A DNA stretch of 32,000 nucleotides from Tannockella kyphosi. GTDB lineage: Bacteria; Bacillota_I; Bacilli_A; Erysipelotrichales; Coprobacillaceae. Position numbers and translations under genes: made by a program. The notes below the pieces were generated by a model. The model did no database searches and was not told where the DNA came from. It worked only from the letters and a program-made list of their open reading frames with translations. Where the stretch lies: positions 1,290,001 through 1,322,000 of the forward strand of contig NZ_CP088239.1 of the NCBI RefSeq assembly GCF_021054785.1, written 5' to 3'. This document shows, in pieces, positions 16,078 to 24,107 of this stretch. Position 1 is the stretch's first letter, and the number at the start of each line of letters is the position of its first letter.

Positions 16078-16198
16078 ATACTTATTATAACATAAATCAC
16101 GTATGATTTATACTCTTTTATACACATCTTACGCATTCCCCCACCCCTAAAGTAGTGGGCTTCCTGCTAGGTTATTGTGATTACTATCCTACCATAAT

Positions 16199-16756
16199 TT
16201 ACATCTTATTACTAGAAGAATTTAGATAACAATCAGGGTGATGATTATTCATCACACCGATAGATTCTAAAAAAGAATACGTTGTTACTTTCCCAACTCT
16301 TTGAAATCCTCTCTTTTTAAAATCTTGCCATACATTATTTGAAAATGCTTGTTTGTCTTCTAATGATTCATCCATTAAAATTTGTCCTTTACTAAAAGAC
16401 CAAACATAACGATCAAAAGATCCAAATTCATCAATAATATCGAATATAATACTTGCATTATGTATGATTGCTTCTATTTTAGGACGATTTCGAACTATCC
16501 CTACATCATTCATTAATTCCTGTATCTTACTTTCTTGATAATTAACAATAACTTGAATATCAAAATCATCAAACGCTTTTCTAAAATAATCTCTCTTTTT
16601 TAAAATAGTTAACCAAGATAAGCCAGCTTGAAATATTTCTAATGATAACTTTTCAAATAATGCTTGATCATTGTGGTTTGGTTTTCCCCATTCATTATCA
16701 TGATAATCTTGATATATTGCGCTTTTTTCTAAATAAGGCCAAGGACATCTTTGCAT
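16199..16756 (-). CDS. tag: DNA-3-methyladenine glycosylase I
   Basis: 185 aa with the motifs CPW...YHDNEWG and LFEKLSLEIFQAGLSW, plus a C-terminal HxxxC. The stop codon lies 17 nt from the LE of IS copy 2. Confidence 0.88.
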   Translation of the reverse strand: MQRCPWPYLEKSAIYQDYHDNEWGKPNHNDQALFEKLSLEIFQAGLSWLTILKKRDYFRKAFDDFDIQVIVNYQESKIQELMNDVGIVRNRPKIEAIIHNASIIFDIIDEFGSFDRYVWSFSKGQILMDESLEDKQAFSNNVWQDFKKRGFQRVGKVTTYSFLESIGVMNNHHPDCYLNSSSNKM

Positions 16757-16829
16757 GTTATTTCCTCTTTTCTTTTTTATTTTATTATGGTATCATACTT
16801 GCGATAGTTTGTCATATTGGGGGAGAATA

Positions 16830-17399
16830 ATGATGAAAAAAATAAAAATACCTGGTTTTGGACAACGTGGTTTTAAAACTGCTTTAACAACTATGTTGTG
16901 TGCTTTTCTATATGCATTAATTGGTCGTAATCCAACATTTGCATGTATTGGGGTTATCTTTGGGATGGGAAGTAATTTAAAAGACTCGATATTAAACGGT
17001 GGTAACCGTTTAATAGGAACAATTATAGGTGGGTTTTTAGGTATTGGATTATTTACTATTTATATTTATGTATTCCATGCTTCTAATGAGTTTTTATTAT
17101 TACCACTATTAGGTATTGGAACATTATTACTTGTATCTCTTAGTTTGATTTTCAAATGGCCAGGTGCTGTACAACCTGGAGGAGTTGTATTATGCATTAT
17201 TTTATATAATACTGCTAGTGAATTATATGTTACTTATTCTTTAAATCGTATGTTTGATACAGGGGTTGGTGTTGTTCTTGCAATAGTTATTAATGTTATC
17301 TTTTCTAGAACTGCAGTAAATCAGTTTTTACATCGTATTGGATTAATTAATTTAGATGAATATTCTTTCGATGAAAGCGAAATAAAAAGCAATGTGTAA
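16830..17399 (+). CDS. Small aromatic-acid-exporter/FUSC-like integral membrane protein
   Basis: The track ORF starts at 16755. I prefer ATG 16830 (MMKKIKIPGFGQRGFKTAL...), which has GGGGGAG 4 nt upstream. The pattern G.R..KTA......NRLIGTIIGGFLG and 4-5 TM helices fit the ArAE_1 type. Confidence 0.55.
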   Translation: MMKKIKIPGFGQRGFKTALTTMLCAFLYALIGRNPTFACIGVIFGMGSNLKDSILNGGNRLIGTIIGGFLGIGLFTIYIYVFHASNEFLLLPLLGIGTLLLVSLSLIFKWPGAVQPGGVVLCIILYNTASELYVTYSLNRMFDTGVGVVLAIVINVIFSRTAVNQFLHRIGLINLDEYSFDESEIKSNV

Positions 17400-17418
17400 A
17401 AAATAACACATTGTTTTT
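17390..17418. terminator. Bidirectional terminator between convergent genes
   Basis: CAATGTGT (17390-17397) pairs with ACACATTG (17406-17413), followed by TTTTT. It overlaps the stop codon at 17397-17399 and sits next to the stop of the convergent gene at 17420. Confidence 0.7.
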
Positions 17419-17419
17419 A

Positions 17420-18127
17420 TTATGAAATAAAGGTGATTTGAACCATAAAAGATACTGTTCCATCTTTTTGACCGATTATATAATCATTTTCATATCTAGT
17501 TATTGTTACACTATCATCTTCTAATAGTTCTTTTACATATTGAATTTGAAGTGATTTTATTTTTCTAGTATCTAGTTCTGCTCTTTGATACATATCAAGT
17601 GCCCACTGAATATAACAAGCATTATTCATATGTCCATTTCCATCAATATAACTACTAAAAACTTTTCTTTCCACTACTTCCTTAACTGTTGATACTACTG
17701 TTTGTAATTTATCAACAATTTGCCCTTGATAAGGAAAATCTAAGTTTTGAAATAATTCATTGCCTTTTATTCTTACCGGTCTATTTTTGCCCTGTTCCAT
17801 TAAAAGATAATATCCTGTAATACTGCCAATATGATTGTCTTCCATATCATAAATATGAAACTCCCTAACTGCATACATTTTATCCAATCCAGCATGATTT
17901 GTCACAATCTTTATCGTATCACCTATTTTTGGATATTGTTTGATATGAATATAATTTCGTATAATAACCCAATAATAATTAATATTCGGTGTTTCAAAAT
18001 CAACATGCATGTTAATTGCAGCAGATCTTGCTATTTCTTGCATAAAATCAATAAATGAATCAATTCTTACATCTCCATTACAATCCACATCTCGAAAAGT
18101 AATAGTAAATTCTTGTGCATATTTCAT
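17420..18127 (-). CDS. Acyl-ACP thioesterase
   Basis: 235 aa with a double hot-dog pattern (FTITFRDVDCNGDV... and, in the second half, ...SYIDGNGHMNNACYIQWALD). Confidence 0.75.
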   Translation of the reverse strand: MKYAQEFTITFRDVDCNGDVRIDSFIDFMQEIARSAAINMHVDFETPNINYYWVIIRNYIHIKQYPKIGDTIKIVTNHAGLDKMYAVREFHIYDMEDNHIGSITGYYLLMEQGKNRPVRIKGNELFQNLDFPYQGQIVDKLQTVVSTVKEVVERKVFSSYIDGNGHMNNACYIQWALDMYQRAELDTRKIKSLQIQYVKELLEDDSVTITRYENDYIIGQKDGTVSFMVQITFIS

Positions 18128-18167
18128 TTTCCATCCCCCATAAACTTTGTCTCATTATATCACAATA

Positions 18168-18198
18168 ATAAAAAGAAGAAACCTTTGTTTCTTCTTTT
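18168..18198 (-). terminator. Terminator downstream of bcp
   Basis: GAAGAAAC (18175-18182) pairs with GTTTCTTC (18187-18194) around a CTTT loop. A/T runs flank the hairpin. Confidence 0.65.
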
Positions 18199-18653
18199 TA
18201 TCCTAACATTTCTAATATCTCTGTTGCATTCGTATCTGGTTTTGCTTTAGCATAAATTTGGATAATCATTCCTTGTTCATCCATTACAAAAGTACTACGA
18301 ACAACCCCTAATCCTGTTTTTCCATACAACTTCTTTTCTTTATATACATCATAAGCTTGTATTGCTTGTAAATCGGGATCAGATAATAATAAGAATGGTA
18401 ATTCATATTTATCTGTAAATTTTTGATGACTAGCTTGTGAATCTTTACTAATTCCAATTACTTCAATTCCTTTATTTACGTATTCTTGAAAGCTGTTTTT
18501 AAAGGCACATGCTTGTCTTGTACATCCTGGTGTATTATCTCTTGGATAAAAGTAAACTACTACCTTTTTCCCTAAATAGTCACTTAGACTATGTTGCTTC
18601 CCTTCTCTATCATAAAGAGTAAAATCTGGTGCTTTTGATCCTATTTCTAACAT
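18198..18653 (-). CDS. bcp: Thiol peroxidase (peroxiredoxin Q/Bcp)
   Basis: 151 aa with the motif FYPRDNTPGCTRQAC. Confidence 0.9.
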   Translation of the reverse strand: MLEIGSKAPDFTLYDREGKQHSLSDYLGKKVVVYFYPRDNTPGCTRQACAFKNSFQEYVNKGIEVIGISKDSQASHQKFTDKYELPFLLLSDPDLQAIQAYDVYKEKKLYGKTGLGVVRSTFVMDEQGMIIQIYAKAKPDTNATEILEMLG

Positions 18654-18696
18654 GTCTACGTCCTCCTACAAAGACTATACCACAAACATGAAAAAG

Positions 18697-19272
18697 CTAC
18701 AAACAAGTAGCATCTTTTTGCTTTCTTTGATTTTCAATAATCTTTTCTATTGTTTCTGGATTTTTTATTTGATAAAAAGCAAATTGATCTATATTTCTAG
18801 GATTACGAGAACTCGTTCTTTGTTTGTATACCTTTGCAACCTCTTTAATATTTGTATTTGTTTCATCCCCAAAATCCGCACTTAAATAAACAGTCCCATA
18901 ACCATCCTTACAATCTGTGATTTGAAAAAAATCAAAGTTTTCAATAGAACCATACTCCAATAACAAATCACTTTCTTTGTACTTAAAAACACGATAATTG
19001 GTAATACAATAATACTCATCTAAATAGTTTCTATCAAGTGCATATAACTTTTTATACGCACTTGCTACTCCGATATATATAATAAATAATCCTAATAAAT
19101 TAGCAGGATGTAAATAAGCATTTTCAAAATATACAAAACATCCTATAATAGCTAACCCAAATAAAACAAAATAAATTTCTGCTTTTATATTCTTACTTCC
19201 TTTTCCTTTTGATGGGCAATCAAACCAAACCACCTTTTCATCACTATAAAATTCTGATTTAATTAATTCCAT
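18697..19272 (-). CDS. Hypothetical membrane protein (two N-terminal TM helices plus a PH-like/bPH-type soluble domain)
   Basis: 191 aa. The hydrophobic segments are IYFVLFGLAIIGCFVYF and LLGLFIIYIGVASAY, followed by YYCITNYRVFKY... GGAGAAGAGGA lies upstream of the ATG. The start is only 29 nt downstream of the abiEii stop on the same strand. Confidence 0.5.
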   Translation of the reverse strand: MELIKSEFYSDEKVVWFDCPSKGKGSKNIKAEIYFVLFGLAIIGCFVYFENAYLHPANLLGLFIIYIGVASAYKKLYALDRNYLDEYYCITNYRVFKYKESDLLLEYGSIENFDFFQITDCKDGYGTVYLSADFGDETNTNIKEVAKVYKQRTSSRNPRNIDQFAFYQIKNPETIEKIIENQRKQKDATCL

Positions 19273-19301
19273 TCCTCTTCTCCATATTCCTTGAGCCGCT
19301 C

Positions 19302-20222
19302 TTATTTATCAAATACTTTCAGCATAACCTCTTGATAATAATCTATCACTTCTTGATAGCCCAATGTTTCACTAATTAATTTCATTGTTGACCCTTGATA
19401 ATCATTGTAATAAAACTCACTTTTCACTATTTCCTCTACAAGTTGTACTAAATTCACTGTTTCGCGTGCGGACGGAGTTAACTTAACATCCATACTGGAA
19501 CGATGTTTGCGAACTTGTACTAATAACATATTGAATTTATCATCCATGTGCACATGCCTCCCCAACTTATATATATCGTATAGATGACGCGAATTTCTCG
19601 TTGGTTTATCTTGCATATAATAATCGCAAACAGCAAATAATTTATCGATAAATGTTCTTTCAATACTTTGAACTTTCATCTTAAAAAGCACTAAACCATA
19701 TTTTTCCAAAATCTCGAAATCTGTTTCTTTTAGTTGCTCATAAATAATACTTGTTATCTTACATTCTTCTGTTGGATATGCATACGACATAAGCGCTGTT
19801 TCTAATTTAACATATGGTCGTAAAAGATTCGTAGGCATCTCATTCATACTATGATATACGAAATCGTAATGATTATAATCTTTATCACTTTCTATTGTTT
19901 CCCAATTTTCTATTGGCATGTCTAAAATTTCGCTTACTTTTTTTATCAATGAATATTTGATTTTCTTTCGTCATGCCTCTCCAATATGTTCTTCAAATGT
20001 AATATCAATATCTTCTGAAAATCTATCAATTATATGATATGCTTTTGACAAAGATGTCCCACCCTTAAACACAACAGACGGATTCAAGTCCACTAACAAT
20101 CTCAAAATCATTGTTACATAATAATCTTTCTCTATAATACTTTCTTCTAAACCTGTCATTTCTGATACTGTTACAACAACATCTCTAAATAACTCTTTAT
20201 CTTCTATGTGCAAATACATCAT
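19302..20222 (-). pseudogene. abiEii: AbiEii/AbiGii-family nucleotidyltransferase toxin interrupted by a single in-frame TGA (19971-19973)
   Basis: Track ORFs 19971..20222 and 19302..19949 are in the same frame. They are separated by a TGA and 7 sense codons (GEA*RKKIKYS-LIKKV). The N-terminal part has EKDYYVT...VFKGGTSLSK...RFSEDIDI. The C-terminal part has ERTFIDKLFA...SRHLYDIYKL. Joined, the length is ~306 aa, which is typical for the family. Confidence 0.75.
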
Positions 20223-20829
20223 CTAACCTCATTTCATAGTAGGATTTATAAACACTTGAAGGATAGTTTCTAATATATTTATCTACCATCTCTTTTGTAA
20301 TTCCATAAGTTTCAATATACTTTTTTATCTTAATTCTAGCCACACTATAATCGTAATCAAGATATGCATCTAAATTTTTCAATAAATCGAGTAATTGTAA
20401 GACATGCACATTCTCCTTATTCACCACAACACATGATTTTCTAACTGTAAATATTCTCTTTCCAATTGGAATATTTCTAACCTTAGCAGCTATATTATTA
20501 CTGACGATTTCTACCTTATTAGGCACTTGATTAGATATTCCAATTTGATTAGCGAATAGATTCCCACTATAAAATCCATCCACTTTTCCATTCCTCGAAA
20601 TATATTTATATCTAGCAACCATATCTGCATTAATACCACTAGACTTACTAAGTTTCGATTTCTTTGGTAAATAATAAGTGTTATTGTCATATTTAATTAT
20701 TTTACTATCGTCACATAATCGTTTCATTTGCTGACTTATTGCTGATCTTGTAACACCATAAATTTTAATATCCGAAAAAAAGATTGGTTCATTTTCTTTA
20801 TAATTCTCCAAAATATATTCGTATAACAA
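20197..20829 (-). CDS. abiEi: AbiEi-family antitoxin/transcriptional regulator
   Basis: 210 aa. The TTG start has GGAGGTGA 7 nt upstream. The N-terminal winged helix reads ...FFSDIKIYGVTRSAISQQMKRLCDDSKIIKY. It overlaps the toxin gene by 26 nt, which is the classic AbiE arrangement. Confidence 0.7.
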   Translation of the reverse strand: MLYEYILENYKENEPIFFSDIKIYGVTRSAISQQMKRLCDDSKIIKYDNNTYYLPKKSKLSKSSGINADMVARYKYISRNGKVDGFYSGNLFANQIGISNQVPNKVEIVSNNIAAKVRNIPIGKRIFTVRKSCVVVNKENVHVLQLLDLLKNLDAYLDYDYSVARIKIKKYIETYGITKEMVDKYIRNYPSSVYKSYYEMRLDDVFAHRR

Positions 20830-21032
20830 ATAATCACCTCCATCTAAATATTTGTAAACTCAACTATTACTTTCATTTATTTTATTATAGTCTGCTTTAC
20901 AGTTATTGTCAATAAAGCAACATTTATACTAATAGTCTTTTACAATTCATAGATTAAAGGTGCCCACACCCGCAGACACCCCTCTTTTACAACCGCCTAA
21001 TATCCTGAAATGTATTAAAAAGGTCTAATTTT

Positions 21033-21330
21033 CCATAACCACCCTTACAATCTGTGATTTGAAAAAAAGTTTTCAATAGAACCATACTCCAACAACATAT
21101 TACTTTCTTTGTATTTAAAAACACAATAATTGGTAATACAATAATACTCATCTAAATAGTTTCTATCAAGTGCATATAATAAATAATCCTAATAAATTAA
21201 CAGAATGTAAATAAGCATTTTCAAAATATATAAAACAAAATAAATTTCTGCTTTTATATTCTTACTTCCTTTCGATGGACAATCAAACCAAACACCTTTT
21301 CATCACTATAAAATTCTGATTTAATTAGAT
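21033..21330 (-). pseudogene. Decayed duplicate of the 5' two-thirds of gene 18697..19272
   Basis: By eye it aligns with 18896..19272. It has about five deletions (about 5, 35, 28, 7 and 1 nt), scattered substitutions and a lost start codon (CAT changed to CCT). Similarity continues about 20 nt into the upstream region. Confidence 0.8.
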
Positions 21331-21371
21331 CCCTTTCTCTTCTCTACCTTTTTTGAATATAACGCAAACAT

Positions 21372-21427
21372 AAAAACACTACAATATAGGTACATTCTAG
21401 AAAGTACTCCATCTTTGTAGTGTTTTT
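21372..21427 (-). terminator. Long-stem hairpin downstream of the sulfatase-maturase gene
   Basis: AAAAACACTACAA (21372-21384) pairs with TTGTAGTGTTTTT (21415-21427) around a 30-nt loop. It lies 42 nt past the stop codon at 21469. Confidence 0.5.
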
Positions 21428-21468
21428 ATAGTAAAATATTCTTCTAAAATAATAGTTGCTTTAGATTA

Positions 21469-22548
21469 TTATCCTCTACTTGTGACAATATGTTCTAACA
21501 ATGCTTGATATCCACAATAATGATCATCTAAATAACATATATTTTGTCTTTTACAACCACCCTTACATATATTAATAAATCGACAGGTAGTACAGGGTTC
21601 TTTTTGAGGATTGGTATCTTTTAAGAACTTATTAGCGTTGGATGATTGTAACATTGATAAAAAGGAATCGTCATTTAGATTACCCATTTTTAAATCATCT
21701 AATACATAGAAGTCACATGGAAATACACTTCCATCCCCTTCAATAACAAACTGAAGAAAACATCTTCCTAACATTCCACATTGATAAGGTGCTTGTCCTT
21801 GTAGTAAGCCATATACATTAGAAAATATATTTATATCGATATATTTTGTTGTTTGAACATCTTTTTTCCAACAGTCATGAAATCTTATAAAGAAGTTTGC
21901 ATAGTCTTTTGGTGTTAGTGCTGTTTCTTTGTCTATTTCTTTTCCTTCTTCTAAGGAAGGTAAACAAGGAATTAATTGTACATATTTGAAATGATTTTTT
22001 TGATAAAAATCATATAATTTTTCTGGTTCTTTTGACAGTTGTTTACTAACAACTGTCAGTATGTTGTATTCTACCTGATGTTTTTCTAATAGCTTTGTAC
22101 ATCGTAATACTTTTTGGAAAACACTATTTCTTTTTATATCATATCGAAATAAATCCATATTTTGGCTATATCCATCTAATGATACTCCTACTAAAAAGTT
22201 ATGTTCATGAAAGAATATTCCCCATTGATCATTCATTGTTGTTCCATTTGTTTGTAAACAATATTGTATTGTTTGTTGTTTTTTATGAGTGTTTACCATA
22301 TTGACAAAGAATTGAAAATAGGCTATTCCTGCTAATGTTGGTTCTCCTCCTTGAAAAGAGAAAGTTATTATTCCATCATCATCTACACTATCAACAGTTC
22401 TAGTAATTAATTTGATTGTTGTTTCTTTACTCATCATAGGATAACTTTTCTGTTCACGATGTTCACTAACATCATTGTAAAAACAATAACTGCATCGTAA
22501 GTTACAATTACTACTCGCTGGTTTTATTAATAATGTTATTTGTTTCAT
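21469..22548 (-). CDS. Anaerobic sulfatase-maturating enzyme (radical SAM/SPASM)
   Basis: 359 aa. It has the CNLRCSYCFY (CxxxCxxC) cluster and C-terminal Cys-rich SPASM motifs (...CTTCRFINICKGGCKRQNIC...). It is adjacent to a Cys-type sulfatase gene. Confidence 0.88.
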   Translation of the reverse strand: MKQITLLIKPASSNCNLRCSYCFYNDVSEHREQKSYPMMSKETTIKLITRTVDSVDDDGIITFSFQGGEPTLAGIAYFQFFVNMVNTHKKQQTIQYCLQTNGTTMNDQWGIFFHEHNFLVGVSLDGYSQNMDLFRYDIKRNSVFQKVLRCTKLLEKHQVEYNILTVVSKQLSKEPEKLYDFYQKNHFKYVQLIPCLPSLEEGKEIDKETALTPKDYANFFIRFHDCWKKDVQTTKYIDINIFSNVYGLLQGQAPYQCGMLGRCFLQFVIEGDGSVFPCDFYVLDDLKMGNLNDDSFLSMLQSSNANKFLKDTNPQKEPCTTCRFINICKGGCKRQNICYLDDHYCGYQALLEHIVTSRG

Positions 22549-22612
22549 GTAAAACCCCTCTTATACCTTTTCTTTTATTATAATACAATTTGTAGTTAAT
22601 CAACAAGTAAAT

Positions 22613-22636
22613 AAAAAGAAGCCTAAGCTTCTTTTT
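22613..22636 (-). terminator. Hairpin between the sulfatase and maturase genes (possibly a partial terminator)
   Basis: AAAAAGAAGC pairs with GCTTCTTTTT around a CTAA loop (22613-22636). It lies immediately after the sulfatase stop. A TTGATT-N15-TATAAT-like promoter follows upstream of the maturase gene. Confidence 0.5.
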
Positions 22637-24101
22637 AATCAAATTTTAAAGGTTCTTTTCTAGGTCTATACACATTTTGACCATCTCCATAAATACCAGC
22701 TAACTTTAACTGTCCAGATCCACCTACTGCTTCTCTAGTACCATCCAAGTTTTCATCTGAATACTTATTAAACCAATGTATCATTTTACGATACATATCC
22801 CCTATTATTTGTTGATGTTTTTCACTATCAATAAGATTATCATCTTCATTTGGATCAGTAGTCAAATCGTAAAATTCATCTGGTCCATATGCAAAACGTT
22901 TCACTAATTTATAACGAGTATCTCGTATCATTCTTGTAGCTCCATACTCATCATAGATAACAGTTATATAATCATCTTCCTTATTCTCAAAAACATTTCT
23001 TAAAGATTCCCCAGGGAGACGAAGGTTTTCAAAATATTTCTTGTCAATGTTTAAGTAGTCCATTAAGGTTGGAAATATATCATAATGACTTCTATGTGTG
23101 AAAGATATATTGTTTTTAGGCAACCTATTAGGCCATGAGATAATCATTGGGACTTTAACTGAACTTTCAAACATATTTAAAGGATATGTTCCGTTTCCTT
23201 TTCCCCAAATACCATGGTGACCCATATTCATTCCATTATCAGAAGTAAAGATAATAAGTGTATTTTCATATTCACCTATTTCTTTTAGTTTACTTATAAT
23301 CTTTCCAACTCCATCATCTATTGCACTAATAGAAGCATAATATCCGGTAAGATATTCTCTTCTTTCTTCCTGATTTGTAGGAACAGGTGCAGAAGCAATT
23401 TGGAAAGGATGATGTCCTACATCAGGTGTTGATTGGAATGGACATTCCTTATATAAATCTCTATATTTTTGAGGATGTTGTTCATATCCCCAAGGTGAGT
23501 GTGGTGCCGTATAGGTAACGTTCACATAGTGAGGTTTTCCATCTTTAAATGAATCAATATATTCTAAAGCACGATCAGTAATCATATCTGTTACATAACC
23601 TTCTTTAAATTCAATTTTTCCATTATCCACAATATCAGCCTTAATATATTCACATCCACCACGTCCTAATGTATACCAATCACTATATCCAGCTTGTGGT
23701 CTTAGGCTATCGCCTAAGTGCCACTTACCAGATAATGAGCAACGATACCCATGTTCATTCATGATTTCACTATAAGTAGTAATACGTTCCATAAAAGAAA
23801 TCGTTTTTTCTTCTTTTGCAAACTCTGGTGCATCTGATAAGTCACCAAGGTCTTTTTTATCTAGATTTCCCGAAGCTATCCAATCAAAAACTCCATGATT
23901 CGATGGGATACTTCCAGAATATATTGATGCTCTTGCCGGTGAACAAACTGGAGATACACAATAGAAATTATCAAAGAATGTACCATCATTTGCCAATACT
24001 TCTAAATTAGGTACTATAATTTCTTCATTTCCTGCTTTTTTTCCGCATGCCCAAGATCCCATGTCATCAGCGATGATAGTAATAATATTCGGTCTATTCA
24101 T
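22635..24101 (-). CDS. Cys-type sulfatase (formylglycine-dependent), with no signal peptide
   Basis: 488 aa. It starts MNRPNIITIIADDMGSW directly in the catalytic domain. It has the CSPARASIYSG (C-x-P-x-R) motif. No hydrophobic leader is present. Confidence 0.88.
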   Translation of the reverse strand: MNRPNIITIIADDMGSWACGKKAGNEEIIVPNLEVLANDGTFFDNFYCVSPVCSPARASIYSGSIPSNHGVFDWIASGNLDKKDLGDLSDAPEFAKEEKTISFMERITTYSEIMNEHGYRCSLSGKWHLGDSLRPQAGYSDWYTLGRGGCEYIKADIVDNGKIEFKEGYVTDMITDRALEYIDSFKDGKPHYVNVTYTAPHSPWGYEQHPQKYRDLYKECPFQSTPDVGHHPFQIASAPVPTNQEERREYLTGYYASISAIDDGVGKIISKLKEIGEYENTLIIFTSDNGMNMGHHGIWGKGNGTYPLNMFESSVKVPMIISWPNRLPKNNISFTHRSHYDIFPTLMDYLNIDKKYFENLRLPGESLRNVFENKEDDYITVIYDEYGATRMIRDTRYKLVKRFAYGPDEFYDLTTDPNEDDNLIDSEKHQQIIGDMYRKMIHWFNKYSDENLDGTREAVGGSGQLKLAGIYGDGQNVYRPRKEPLKFD

Positions 24102-24107
24102 ATTTTC

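Larger units (their letters stand above)
13944..16181 (-). mobile_element. IS200/IS605-family insertion sequence, copy 2 (inverted relative to copy 1)
   Basis: It is collinear with copy 1 end to end. The LE hairpin is at 16140-16159 and the RE hairpin at 13952-13971. TnpA differs from copy 1 at 1 of 132 aa and TnpB at 17 of 498 aa. There is a 1-nt indel near the LE hairpin. Confidence 0.9.

Noticed and set aside
2182-16181. The two IS copies plus the intervening 9.5 kb might form a composite transposon carrying efflux genes.
   Set aside because: IS200/IS605 elements move as single strands and need the LE and RE on the same strand. The copies are inverted, so the outer ends are two LEs on opposite strands. 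Homologous recombination, not transposition, is the plausible interaction.
2182-16181. A single inversion between the IS copies might explain the truncated flanking genes.
   Set aside because: Swapping the junction partners on paper gives surface-fragment/IS/MATE-fragment and tag/IS/ATPase-fragment. No gene halves are reunited.
19971-19973. The in-frame TGA in abiEii might be a sense codon, either Trp under genetic code 4 or selenocysteine.
   Set aside because: Under the standard code the window has many long uninterrupted ORFs (991, 740, 617 and 498 aa), and their Trp residues use TGG. A TGA=Trp organism would show frequent in-frame TGAs. I saw no SECIS-like hairpin directly downstream and no selenoprotein context.
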